From positions 15,748,001 through 15,812,000 of the forward strand of contig OZ059894.1 of NCBI GenBank assembly GCA_964057225.1: a stretch of DNA of 64,000 nucleotides, given 5' to 3'. The DNA is from Auanema rhodensis (taxonomy: Eukaryota > Animalia > Nematoda). Every line of letters begins with the position of its first letter. The first letter of the stretch is position 1. A program made the position numbers and the translations under genes. The notes beneath the pieces were generated by a model that ran no database searches, was not told the DNA's origin, and was given only the letters and a program-made list of their open reading frames with translations. Of this stretch, positions 25,381 to 39,600 are shown one piece after another.

Positions 25381-27405
25381 ATGTCGGATTATTATTCCGC
25401 GGTTAGAGCTAGACGACGTGTAGCAGAAGACTCAAACACTGATCAATCTTATCAACAGTTTGAGGATCACGAACAAAAGAAGAAAGAAGCTAAGCCTGTA
25501 ACTGGTAGTTATTACTCTTCCCTGAATACAGTTTTCAACGCTTCACCTGCGCAATTGTGGAGCTCTGCCCAAGTACGTCGACGTAAATTTCAAGCGAAAT
25601 AAAACTTGGCTAATAATCAAATTCTTCCCAAATTTCGAGTGAAACAGGATATAGAGAATTAGAGACTAATGAGCTTTCAACTATCTAAAATTGAAATGAC
25701 GCTTCGGGCGATGGTTATCTCCGTGGCATCGCTTTCATGTTTGTACATGCATTGATTTTATTTCTTTTCAGGAAGCATTCTCATCGATACAGCCTTCTGC
25801 ATCCGAGCCAGGTATTATTTTGAAAGATTGTTGCTTCAATTGTATTATTATTCAGAAAGAAAAGTACCCACTCCTGAGCCTTTTTTTCCCGAATTAAATA
25901 TATTTGGTGACCCTATCGATCAACTAAATCTAGCCATGCCGTCCAGAGATAGAACATCTGAATTTAAAGTTACTGCTAAATCTTATCAGGTAATTTCAGT
26001 GACAATTTTCTTACCTTGTTTTTTTTTCAGATGAAAGTACAAGGAGTTGAACAACGACCATCCAACAAACATGAAATTTTGGCTGACTCAACTCATTTCA
26101 ACCAGTTAGCCAAGTACAGTTTAAGAATTAACCAATCTGGTTAAAAAAGTTTTTTTTAGACGTATTGGTCGTGATCTTAGTATGACTTGCTCTAAAATGG
26201 AAAAATTAGCGGAGCTTGCAAAACGTCGCAGTCTTTTCGATGAACGGGGTGAAATTGAACAGTTATCGCGTGTTGTGAGAGAGGTACGTTTTATGTTACT
26301 GTTTTGGATTGCAATGTTCGTTTTAGGATATTACTGGGCTTAATAAACAAATTGCATCTTTACAAGATTTCTCTCGGCGTAGAAACGGAGGCGTAAAAAC
26401 ACAAGGCACCGGACACAGGTTTTGCGTATCTTTAGATCATAGTTTGTAATAATTATCTTTTCCAGCCAATTAGTTGTTGTGGGTCTTCAATCGAAACTGG
26501 CGAATGTTAGTAAAGATTATCAAAGTGTTCTGGAAATTAGTACAGAGGTAAGATATGAAAAAAGCGATATGGTTTGACCATAATACTATTTTGCAGAATA
26601 TGAAACATCAAAAAACTCGTAGAGAAAAGTTTTCTCAAGCTGATCCTGTACCAATGTCTCTTCCATCATCTTCTAATGGTAATTTTCCAAACATTATTTG
26701 TTTTCTAATTTTTGAAACTGCAAGGTATATAGAATTCTGAAAAACGTTTTATGATTTACAATTAATATGCAAATTAAACGTGTCTCACGTTTTTTTATGT
26801 TAAAGGTTTCGTATTAATCAATATGTAATCAAAATTGGTTAATAGTTGGCATTTCTTCAAAATGAAAATGCAAGCTTAAAAATGCTAGTTTGCTAATAAC
26901 TTTGAAATATTTTAAAGTTCGATCTCGGCTTTTAATGGATGATGAACAACACGGAGGTGGAAGCGTTGCTTTGGATATGGGAGCTGTTGAACAGTATAGA
27001 ACTCAGCAACAAGTATTTCCTTTTTGTTAAATTAAAGTTTAGACATTGTATTTATAGGTGTCATTCCGTGACCAGAGCCAGGATTATATTAAAGCTCGCT
27101 CAAATGCCATGGAAACTATTGAAGGTTCGATCTCGGAGCTAGGACAGATTTTCTCGCAGCTTGCTAGTTTAGTCAGTGAGCAAGGTGAAATGATTACAAG
27201 GTAAGTTCGTTGAGTAATACTCTTAAAAAATAAACATTAATTCAGAATTGATTCAAATGTTGAAGATACTGCTATCAACATTGATTCTGCTCACACAGAA
27301 TTGGTTAAATACTTTCATAATATTAGCAAGAACAGATGGTTAATGATTAAGGTTTTTGGAGTTTTAATGGTTTTCTTTGTTATTTTCGTTCTATTCCTTA
27401 CCTAA
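25381..27405 (+). CDS. syx-5: Syntaxin-5 (Golgi Qa-SNARE)
   Basis: RDRTSEF N-peptide, KMEKLAELAKRRSLFD, SNARE motif AMETIEGSISELGQIFSQLASLVSEQGEMITRIDSNV and C-terminal TM NRWLMIKVFGVLMVFFVIFVLFLT*. Confidence 0.95.
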
Positions 27406-27660
27406 ATGTTTTAAAACCTATCTATACACTTATATAGAATTTATTGTTCACCGGTTTCTTGCGGCTAGACATTCTAGATTGTGATGTGATAACTTATTAA
27501 AAAATGTATAATATCTGTAACTTATAAGAACATCTGTGATTCATTAAAGCATGGGCATAATTAAATTTTACAGTTGGAAAGGTTTTCTATACCTTGTTAA
27601 TCTATTTTCTGCTCCTTATAAAAATTAACCTTCTTACTTATTAATTTAGACAATTTCTTG

Positions 27661-30045
27661 ATGCGAATATCTGCGGCATTAGTGGGCGTTTGCTCACTTG
27701 CGGCTACCGCAGCAACTGTAGCAAATGCTTTTGTTTTAAATAAGCAGTTTTATCCGGCTATGGTTTACATCACCAAAAGTAATGCTAGTATGGCTGTGAG
27801 TTATTAATTTTTTTTTAATAATTTGTTTTATATATTTAGGTTATCTATCTGCAATCTGTAATTATTGTATATTTATTATTTCAACTATTTAAACGTATTT
27901 TCTTTGGGGATTTGAGAGCAGCAGAAGCTGATGTGAGTCTTAGGATTCTAATCTTCATGTTTTTATTGTCTTCTAGAATTTATCAGAGCGAGCTTGGCAT
28001 GCAGTTATGGAGACATGCCTTGCTTTCACCGTCTTCCGAGACGATTTCTCTCCCTTCTTTGTGATGCAGTTTGGAATTTTACTATTTGTAAAAGTGAGGA
28101 AGATATGTCTTGTTTCTATTACTATTTTTTTTATTAAAGAGTTTCCATTGGCTGGCTGATGACCGGGTGGATTTAATGGAACGGAGTCCTGTAATAACAT
28201 TAAAGTTCCATGCACGTATGCTTGGTGAGAATATTATAATATAAACTTCATTTCAATTATTGTATTTCAGCTATAATTGCTTTCCTGGGTGGAATCGATT
28301 CTTATTTAGTATCTCATGCTTATTTTAGTGTATTGATGAAGGGTGCCAGTTCCCAAATTATTTTTGGCTTTGAGTAATATTAAGTTTAATGCTTTACATG
28401 TTAACTTAAACTTTTAGATATGCAATCCTTATTACATTAGTGGTTCATATATCTATCAAATATATCCTCCACATGCATGATTTACGCACAGCTCAATCAT
28501 GGGAAAATAAGGCGGTTTATTTATTATATTCTGAATTGATAATTAGTAAATATCAACAGTGTTTCCTTATTTTTATTCAATTCATTTAGACTTCTTCCGT
28601 TGTATATTGTACGGATTCTTTGCTGCTATAATGTTACAATTACATACTCTTCCACTATTTTCCACTAGACCTTTCTATATGTCAGTGAGGCAAGTCTTTA
28701 TTTTTTATATTCATTAATCATGTGATTTTGTAGAGCTCTGACTAAAGCCTTCAATGATATCATTCTATCTCGCCGTGCTATTCATGCCATGAACAAGTAA
28801 TGTTATTTTTTTAATACCTGTAAAAAAACATGTATTTCAGCTTGTTCCCTGTTGTAACTGCTGAAGAACTTGCCGCTATGGACTCCACTTGTATAATTTG
28901 CCGTGAAGAAATGACGGCAGATTCCCACCCCAAACGCCTGCCCTGCTCACATGTATTCCATACGCATTGTCTACGTAGCTGGTTCCAAAGACAACAAACT
29001 TGCCCAACTTGTCGTACGGATATATTAGGTACATCCAAATGTTGCTTAAATTTCTGAAATAATGATTTAAGCGGACCGAAATAATATCGGCTTGAACGGG
29101 CAAGCTGTTCCTGCAGTTCCAGCAGCTCCAGCTGCACCTGCCGCACAACAAGCTGCTCCTTTACCTCAAAATTTCATGCCTTTCTTGGCTCATCAATTTG
29201 CCGTAAACGCTCCGCAACCTCCAGCACCGCAACAACAACAACAACAACAACAGCACGGGCAACAACAAAATAATCAGGTTAATATTTGCCAAATAATAAT
29301 TCAAATTATTGAAATACAGCAAGCACAGCCAGGAGCAAATACCAACAATGTACCACCAATTCCCCCGATGGGATTTGGGCCACCACCCCCACCACCTTTC
29401 CCCGCTTTCATGCCTCAATTCGGAATGGTTTGTTTTCATTTGTTTCCATCAAACACAAATATTTTGTTAGCATGGATCAATGTTCCTTCCACCACCACCT
29501 CCACCACCGTTCCCACTCCCTGGTCGACCTTCATATTCTGGCTTCACAGACGAAGAGCTTTTTGCGATGGAAGGTGATGCCAGAGAAGCAATAGAAAGAA
29601 GACTCCATGCATTGAATGATATTTATACTTTGCTGGAAGCTGCAGGCATTCAAATGCAACAGTACATGACTCACATATCTCCATCTCTACCGTAAAAAAA
29701 ATAATTAAGACTAGCCAAACATATTTTTTTCAGAAACTTCCCTAGATCATCTGGTGATTCAAGCTCAGGGGCGACACAAGGCTCAACTACTTCGCAACCA
29801 TCTCGAGTTTCTCCCCAACCACAAGAGAACAATACTACAGAAATGGAAGACAATTCCGAGCCATCAGCCCGTGAAGAGTTATCAGAATTAGAGCCAGAAC
29901 AAGAGGCAGGGCCATCTACTTCAAACAGGTAAAACAATACAAGGAATTATTTCAATTATTAAATATTTCTAGCACCGCTGAACAAGCCGATAATTCAGCT
30001 GATGAATTAAGGCAAAGAAGAATGCTGAGATTCTCTAATTTTTAA
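27661..30045 (+). CDS. sel-11: ERAD E3 ubiquitin ligase HRD1/synoviolin
   Basis: KQFYPAMVYITKSNASMA, FFGDLRAAE, ETCLAFTVFRDDF, RING-H2 CIICREEM...PCSHVFHTHCLRSWFQRQQTCPTCR, Pro-rich tail ending ELRQRRMLRF. Confidence 0.96.
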
Positions 30046-30068
30046 ATTATACAACCTTATTTAAACTT

Positions 30069-30650
30069 GTATCTTGGTTAATAAATTTATATTACAAAGG
30101 CGTTGCCGGCCCTTATTGTGCCAAAGCAGCAGAATTCGCTTTGGGCACAATTCAGACTTACACCACCGGTTAACTAACGAAGGACAACACATTGGAAATA
30201 AGGAACAAGATCTCGACCAACAGTTGGCTGTGATTCGATGTCAAACCACGGATCACCAGGCAACTGCCGGACGCGAAATGCTCTTAAGGGAGTATAATGA
30301 ACCACAAACAAAATCAAGCACTTGAAACAAGAGAACCAAGAACACTCATGAGCTCACGCCGCCAAGCTGAGTATGGATCTAGTCATGATTCTTTAACACA
30401 GGACTAAGAGGCATACCCAGCTAAGAAGCGAGATTTAGAGAATCTCGGAGAAGGCAGCTGCCCGCAGTGGAAGACGACTGTCGAATGACTTGCTGGAACT
30501 GTCGACCGTCCCCCTCCTCCCGCGCGCGCCAAATTCGAAAGGAACGAGAGAGTATGTATAAAGAGGTGTACCCAGACGACTAAAAAATTTACCTTATGTT
30601 CTAAGCTCCGCCCCTTCTATATTGGCATGCTGCCAATATTAAAATTTTGA
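30069..30650. other. GC-elevated intronless segment, possible transposon/LTR remnant
   Basis: Abrupt composition shift after the HRD1 stop. Contains GCGCGCGCCAAATTCGAAA, a GC box and the hairpin ATATTGGCA-TGC-TGCCAATAT (30619-30639). No clear termini. Confidence 0.3.
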
Positions 30651-30879
30651 TCTATTTGGCTTAAGAATAAATGTTACGAAATTAAAAATCTACGTTTTAA
30701 AATATTTTATGTAAATAATAAAGATCGGTATAACATAAAAACTTTGAAGCTTTGAGAAATCATTATCGTACGTCATATCTAAGGAACTTATGTAAATATA
30801 CAGATTAAAAAGGTTAAAAATACTTAAATTACCAAACGTATGTAATAATAAATTTAGATATAACAATGTTATCACATCA

Positions 30880-32600
30880 AATGTAAGCTATTAAGTCTTA
30901 CGTTCACATGAATTCTAACGGAACTACCAAATAATGGAAATTCTGCACACATCAATTGAGGATCTATAGTGATATGAGTTTTAGTGATGTGTAGCCTGTT
31001 GCCAGTTTCAGCACAAGACACGTTTGAAGACTTTCCAAAAGAAAAAGAAACTTTGCGGAAAGTGTCACTAGCTTTGATCCAAAGGATGAACTGGCTGTAA
31101 ATTACCACCTGCAGCGCTCTCCTGGCACGCGACCCTTTCCGCGCCAACTTCTCAATTTCTTTTAAAGTACAGACTCGTAAATCGGGTCTTCCTTTGTTGT
31201 GTGGGTGGTAGATGTAGACAATCGTTTCTAATCTACATATAACCTCAAACGGTCGTGGTGGTCATTCTAAAATCTTTTAGCCTTAACGAAGTCGTTAGAT
31301 TCACACAAAACATTTTAAAGTATAAGTTTCCATCGAGTTTCTGGTTGAAAAGTCATGTCATCGAGTTATGATTCTCTGGAAATGATTTTCTACTCATTAA
31401 TAATTCAATAATTATTGAATAAAACATTGTTCAGCGTTTCGTATGTCACGTGGATATTGTATAAGATTTCCATACCAATAGACAAATCCAAATAAGCAAG
31501 TGCTTAAAATTACGACAAAAATTTCCAAAAAAAAAAAACAAATACTTGGCGCGTGCAACATTTTCATTAACATGTTTGATACCTGTTTGACATAATCGGG
31601 TAACAATGCTCTTCATCTTTTCTCTTATTTTCGATATTCCCCGTGTCGGTAGTCTAGGAAAGATAACATCTCTGATGAATTGCCGTTGTTTCGAAGGTCC
31701 GGCGCGCGCCACTTACGCACTTTCTGCCTTTTTTTTGTTCTTCCTTTTCCTCCATTTTCTTCCGACACCGGCATCAGATGGGAAATAAAGTACAACTCGT
31801 GAATCACTATAGATATGGGATCTAGATTTCTCCGAAATTAGTCGTGTAAGACGTGCTTGAGGTCTTAACTAACAAATATGAAGATTTGATTTAGCAAGCG
31901 TAATTCGCCAAAATTTTCTAAGGACTGGGCACACAGCACCCTACCAAAATCGAGACAAAAGTATTCTTATTTTTTGATCTTGTACTTGATACGTATTTCA
32001 TGGGTGATTTCAATAATATGAAGTTGTTTATTTTATTCATTTCTTTCAATAATATTAACGCTTCAACTACATCTGTTTCGCTTAGGAAATTGTTATTTTT
32101 GCTAGGATTGTAAATGAACTCAGTGGTACCCTAGGAATGGAATACTTAGCAAGATTCACCTCAAACATCGCAAAAAAAACCAATAATATCTGTAAAGCAT
32201 ATATTTATCTTGATCTATTCCAAGTTTACATAAATTTTCTTTAAAACTTTTCGTTTGAAACTGGAAACACCAGCAGGCTATGTGACATTGAGCGAATTCG
32301 TGGCTTTTGTATATTTGGGCGCGAAGCAGCCTGGTGTCTGAGCGCGAAAACTATTGGCAACAAAGAGATGATCAAGGGCTACATGTGCTCCGATCTCTTA
32401 TAAAACAATGACAGTTAAGTAAAAATCGATTAGTTTTCTTGAGATGATCGTAAAAATTGCGATGGTTGTACTTGGGATGGATTCCAATTGTGACCTGACC
32501 CGGATGCATTTGTTAAATATTCATTTTGACTTTCAGGAAGTTAGCGGATGCTACACTAGGCAACATTTACGGAGAAAATGGTAATTAGAAAAAAGAACAT
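30880..32600 (+). pseudogene. Possible decayed glycosyltransferase family 14 (core-2/I-branching)-like gene
   Basis: Exon-like pieces in plausible order: HIN*GSI...PVSAQDTFEDFP, KFSKDWAHSTLPK, LCDIERIRGFCIFG...IGNKEM. Many stops and frameshifts; motif recall only. Confidence 0.28.
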
Positions 32601-33977
32601 ATTCAATATGTTTGCAGACATCGCTGTCAGAAATAATAAACTAATTAACATCATATATTATACTATGACTGACAATGATTTTCGAGTACATTTTAATGAT
32701 AAGATGCAATGTTCACGAGTTAGGGTTACATGATCAGTAAACGCTAATGGTGTAAGATAGTTAATCAGAATTATCACAAACACTTCGAAGGAAATGCTGA
32801 AATGTTGAGGTAATAGCCCATGATCAAGGTATCGATCGGACGATTTGCCCGATAAATAGGTCAATCTTCTATCTTTTCTATACTCTTCCTACAGAAACTT
32901 CTCTAAAGGATACGCAACCTTCATATTCAGACAGATTCTGTATTGTTTATTGCATTTTATTTTCAATATTTTCCTATATGTACTTTATTATTGTTTTTCC
33001 CCCTGCAAATTAATATATTAAAGCAACCGTTCTAAAAACTAATAATTGTAGAAATGAATGGTAAACTTGCCCAACCGCTTTGTAAAATTCAGTGAAAAAT
33101 GAAAATAAGCATTTAGGTGACGTGTTCATCAATATGTCAGCTATTTCTTATATAACTTTCCTATTCCTTTTTTATATCATATAATTTAACATGTTACGTA
33201 ATCCGAAGATGATCATAGGGCATTTACCGCTTGAAAGTGCCTGGTAAGTAAGATACCGGGGAAATATGATTTTATCAGAAAATCAGGTTTTCATCTAATG
33301 TCTCCAGATGTCTCTAAGTTCTTTCTGTGTTCCAAGATTTTGTTAAAACAACAGTTGTTTCATTTTTTGATAGGAATTATAGATAATTTCCAGTTGATCT
33401 TATTTGCCTTTTAAATTTTTTAAAAATTACAAGTAATATCATATCTTCCTAACTATCATTTAACTGAGATTTGCTTTCTTTATCACATCTGGAATATTTA
33501 ACTTTGAATGTCGAGATGATCGCGTTGCTACACACATGTGCTCGTTTACTTTCCGATTCATTAAAGAGACAAAAGGAAAGACAAAGGCATCCACTATATT
33601 GGGCCAGAAAATATGTTGTCTCCCTGTGAGAGACAGTTTAGTCTTCTAGTAAAGATATATGGTCCTTAAACGAGGAAAGTCAGACAAAGGGCAAGGCTAG
33701 GACGACCGATTTCTCACCTTTCTTGTGGAAAGGACAATTCTTCGTTCAATGAAATCGAAGATACTTTAGAAAAAAGCATGTCTATCAATGAAAGTAGTGG
33801 AACCTTGCAGGGTATTATCATGAAATTATAAGAAAATAACATTCAAACTACACCAGCAGTTTCTTCTCCAGTATAGCTATTACCATTTTCTCCATTTTTT
33901 CTCAAATATTAGATTATTAGTTGGCTTTAGGAAGCATTTTCAGATATATCTGGAATATTAGGCTTCCCATGTAACAG

Positions 33978-35694
33978 ATGTGGTTCCCGTCAGTGGTTCG
34001 CATGCCACTTGGCTGGTTCTTTGGAATCTGTGTATTATTGACATCCATATTTGGAAATTATATGATCAGTCTATTTCTATTTTTGATCCCATTAGGTCAT
34101 CATAAGACATGGAGATTTATGATGGATCGAGCAATTAGTTTTTGGATGACAATCCCAATGGTATGAAGATATTCGAATTGTTTTAACCTATGATGAACTT
34201 TCAGGGATTTCTAGAGTTCTTATTTGGCATGACTGTAAGAGTAACTGGAGATGAAATCGATGTCGACGAGCCGGCTCTCATTTTGATGAATCATCGTACT
34301 AGGTATATTCGTTCACGATTTGAGATTTTTTTTCTTGAGAAATATATGTCATAGGATTCTCTTTGTTTAAGATTGGATTGGATGTATATTTGGTCCTTGC
34401 TGTATCAAATGAATCCTTGGTTAATCACAACTAATAAAATCTCTTTAAAAGCTCAATTAAAGAAACTTCCAGGAGCAGGTACGAAATGATTAATAGATAA
34501 ATAACTAAATCAATATAAACATTACTAGGCTTTGGTATGGCTGCAAATCAATTTGTTTTCTTAGAACGAAATATAGAAATAGACAAACAGTCATTTGATA
34601 AAGCTATTGAATATTATATGGGTATGGATAGAAAGTATCAGGTAAAAACTCCTGTTGATAAAGAATATCTCTTGGATTGTTCGTATAGATTCTATTATTC
34701 CCTGAGGGAACTGACAAATCACCTTGGACAACAACCAAAAGTATGGAGTATTCAAAAAAGAATGGTCTCAGACAGTTACAATATCTTCTCTATCCAAGAA
34801 CAACAGGATTTTACCATCTAGTCAACAAAATGAGGCAAAGTAAGTTAATTTGAAAGTATAGAGAGAAAAATCGAAATATTTAGGTAACTATATCACTTAT
34901 TTATATGATATTACTGTTGCTTATCCCTATAATATTGTACAGTCAGAGGTTAGTAGATTGTTCTCAACAGTATAATATATGATATCCAAAATCTAATATT
35001 AATTGTTTCAAATATATTATAGCTAAAGTAAAATATTATCTAAAAAAAGAATATAATAATTATAAAATAGCAATTTGATTCATATTTCAAAATTCAAAGA
35101 TGTTTTTAGGTTGATTTGGTACTTAAAGGTGCTTGTCCACGAGAAGTGCATTTTCATGTTCGTAAGATAGATATTCGAGATGTACCTAAAGACGAGGCTG
35201 GAATTGGAAGATGGCTAAACAGGTATACTTGATAGATATTCAATATCTTTATTAATTGTATTACTCAAGCTTATGGATTGAGAAAGAGGAACGACTCACA
35301 AAGTTCTACTCTGAACCATTGCGAACAAAGAGAATGTTTGAGGTTCAAAAAGGACAAGGAGTATGGACCAATGTAAGTAAATCATTCAAAAGAATTTATA
35401 CAATGTGCTTACTTGTAGAAGAAAGAAGGTTTTCGTAAAAGAGCCTTCAAGCTATTAGCTTTGGCATTTTGGTTAACCGTTGTAAGCATAGTTGGTTATC
35501 ATGTATGCTTCATTTGGACCCTACAGGTAGAACAAAAAACATTAAAATTCTATTTAATCATATAATTCATTGTATTTAAGTATGGATTCACTTATTTCTT
35601 CGTTGTCAGTTTTGTGATAACATACTTTTTCGGCGGAATAGATACATTTGTCTATAATCAATGGAAATTTTCTATAAAAGATTCTATTGTATAG
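33978..35694 (+). CDS. Lysocardiolipin/lysophospholipid acyltransferase (LCLAT1-like, acl family)
   Basis: PlsC motifs MNHRTRLDW, FVFLER, LLFPEGTD, LYPRTTGF and YDITVAYP. Confidence 0.92.
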
Positions 35695-36627
35695 ATCTAA
35701 TTTAAATTCCGATATATATGTTAGGAAACAGCCTTAATAAAGTTTAGTCTCTATTTTTTATATTTTTATTAGTATCACTACTAATTTCTGAACAAAAAGT
35801 TCAATCGTTGTATCTTGATTGTAATCATTTGAACACTGTTCCGTGATTTACAGGACCCAAGTTTCAATATTTGTTCTTACTTCTTCGTCATGTCTTTTTT
35901 TTTATTCAGCAGTCTATCTTTATTATTGACAAATTTCTTAACTTTATCTGAAGTGGACTACTCTTTCTTTATCTTTCTATCATCCGGAAACAGTTTCCTC
36001 GTCTTTTCTTCTTTATTTTAGCTTTTCATTTCTATTCCTGATTTTCGAGCAACGGAAAACAGTTGTCTTAATTTCATTTTTTTCACCATAGGTATTCATG
36101 TCATAATTTCGAAAAATTGTGGTTATGTTTCGAAAATGTTTATTTTAAACTGTTCCATTTATCCTATATCCATCTGGCTTTCAAAGTTTTTCGCGGTTTT
36201 ATGAGAGTTGTGACATAAAGACTTTTTTCATACTTTCAATACATAACAAAACTGAAATCACGGATTCATTCAAACAAAAAGTAAAAACATGAGATAGCTT
36301 GAAAAGTTCAATTTTTATCTATCTTGATAATTAATGAGAAAAGCTGAGCATTCATTACGTTCGTGCCTGGTCATCCCAGCTTTCAACCAGCGGCTCGGCT
36401 TGTAATTTACGACTATATCTTTGCACGCGTATTCCAATCATTCTTCACAACCTCACAATTTAGTTAAAAGCTTCACTAGTTATTGCTAATTTTAACACTT
36501 TATTGTATTTTCATTGTATTTAAGATTTATATTGATATTTGCAAACTTTTTTCTCAAATTTATATAAAGTTGTATTAACATCTAATCATTTTGATAAGTA
36601 TGTTTAAATGATTTAGAACAAATAAAT

Positions 36628-39600
36628 ATGGGATTTTGCAAGAAAAAGGCTAAGAAAAAAAGTTCAAATGCTATTCATCAACCTTCGTTTTCAACCATTC
36701 ACGAAGCAACATCATCAAAAATTGTAAGTTAATGAAAAAGGAATTTAAAATATCAATAAATGGTAATAATTTTCACGTTTTTTTACTCTCAAAAACATCT
36801 TATTCTCAAGTCTTTATTATTTTGTTTTTGTCTTCATTGCTTAACAATTTCATCTTTTTTGACTGACTAACCCCTTTACTACATGTTCAGACCATGTTTG
36901 GATTGAATGTAATTCATATGTTTTGAATGTGAATGATTTACTACACACTCTTCATGTTTTTCGAAAATTTTTTGGTGTTCTTGAAATTTCTAAAGTTTAA
37001 TTTTCTGGTAAGAGTCTATGTCTTTGTACCGACATATTCTCCCCGCAAAGCGATTGACAGCTATTTACACTATTCGTTGATGATCTTATATGTTTTTCTT
37101 CAAAATTTCTGACAGTTTTAGGTAAAAAATATTCTTAGTTCATTTCCTATGTGTAACTTTGAAGCATTTTGCTCTGATAGATCATACCAGAACGAGCAGA
37201 CTAGAAATGTGAATATATTGTATTTCAATTTCAAGTTTGATTTAATGAAGATTTGAAGATAAGATTAAAATAGATTACAATATATCTATTCAACTTAATC
37301 GTACAAAGAAAGTAACTGTTTCTCTTTTCGTATAATGAGAATACCTAAGCTAGTGGGTTGTTTTGTTCTGGATTTTGATATTTTAATCTGCTTTGCCAAT
37401 TCACGTAACATTGCTTAGTTAGAAGTTGACCTTGTCTTACAGAGGCTTACCTCATCAACGAGACAAGAAACGCACGTTTTGAAGCAGAACAGATTGTCCG
37501 GCAATCTACCAATTGTGCGTCGTTTATTTCTCGTTTTGTCCCTCTTTCTCTCAATCTCTCTCGTTTAGTTGTCAGAATTCTCTAGTGTTTCTATGTTATT
37601 TCTATATGGACCTCGAGATACGTTATCGGGTTCGCTGTCTTATAAACATTTTCAACTATGTTCAGGCCTGAAAGATTCAATTCAAATTTTCTGCTTCATC
37701 TGAGAAGTGTTACGAGTTCTCAACCTTGTCATGATTTCATTAGCTATGTGTTTTACTACACGATGTGTCGTTAACCTTTTCATAGTTCAGCAGGAAAACT
37801 TTTTTTATACATTCGGATCTGTCATCCTCTCATTTTTACTTTGACCATGATTAGTCAGTAATCATTTTTTTATAACATAAAAAAGATTAGCCTTATGTTC
37901 AAAACTTGATCGTCCTTTTCATTGATCAAGCATCAAAATTTCAATCGATATTTCCAACAAATTCTTTGTTCACCGGCTTTTCCAAAAAGATATATCATTG
38001 TAATACATTATCATATGACACAAGTCGGCAGAAAAAATTTTTTTTATCTCCCATGTTCGAACTGAGAACTGGCATTTCGAAGTAACTGACCGGATGATTA
38101 TCAGTTATATCTTACACACATATTGCATGTAATATGTATGAAATTTGCCTCTTTTCAATATTTTATTTCATTTTTAATATTTTCATAATTAAAAATAATA
38201 TTATTTATATCTAATGATCTTTATATATCTACTATTGATATCTCAAAATATATATTTTCTTTCTTGTTGACATTCATATCAATCATAATGGCCTCAGGCG
38301 GTCAACCTTATTGATCCGATTACAAGCAATGATAAAACTCCAAGGGAAACGTATGAAATAACTATTATGCATTCGTATTTCTTAACTGATTTACAGTCTT
38401 CTAGTATACAATTACCATTATTTTCATATTATGCCCGAATTATTCGTTGCATTCCATATTTCTTCACTACTTTCACCTATTTTTATCTTTTTTTTTTGTA
38501 GGAAAACATGCACTATTAAGTTTTTCCTTGGTTTATTTTGTAAGATCCATCACTTTACTTTTATTTTACAAATTATTTGTCTCTTGAGAAACTTGAATAT
38601 CTCACTTCTACTAAATATCTATATGATTGAGAGAACAAAAAGATTTTCCGCCCACGATACGTGAACTAAGCTCATGTTTCACGTTTCTTTTTGATGTTTT
38701 TTTGTTCACAAACTTCAATTGTTTCCAACGATTGGCAGCAATTTTTCCGTTTTTGCATTTGGTATGATTTGTGTTTCTAAAAGGTATCATCTATATATCA
38801 TTGTGTCATTTTTCTTCAATTCTCAACTTGCAATGCGAGAAGAAAAAGGAAAGTGATTTCGATACTTAATTATTTTTCTATCGTTTAAACGATAATAACA
38901 TTTTCATTCACTAATCATTATTACTTATTGATTTTCTTTTTATTATGGGAAAAAATTTGATGCTTAAGCTCAACATTTGCAACATGTATCTCTTTTTGAA
39001 AAATGAAATCTTCCTGCATGTAGCAGTAGAACGTTAAACAATTGGCCAAGAGAGAGGGGTGGGTGCGAAGGTAGCAAATGTTCCCATCTAAATTTGATGT
39101 TTCCCGACAAATGCATTTTTCTTCTTCTTATTTTTTTATTTTCATCTTTGTTTTTTTAGAAGACTGAATCATCTGGGTATAAGCAACTTCAAGTATCAGT
39201 GACTGCTTTCCTTGAATCATTACCTAAAAAAGTTTGTGATTTGATCGTAGTTATTCCTTCTGACAATTGACATATTATAGATTCACATGGATCTTCGTAT
39301 ACCAGATTTTGTGATACATGATTTCGATGATGAGGAAGAATCAAAGATAATAAGAATGATATTCACTCATGCAAACATACCATATAACAGTAAAGAAATT
39401 AAACGTGACGATTATTTATTAGAAGGTATAGGAAATCAATTTGAATTTTTAATTTATTTCTAATAATTTAGATTATCCTTTTTATTGTCTCCCAATGCTC
39501 GAAATTAATGGACGGAAACTGGGATGCGTTACTTCAATTTGTCGTCAACTAGCATGGAGATATGGTATATCATCTTATCTTCTTTTCAAGGCTCCTTTCC

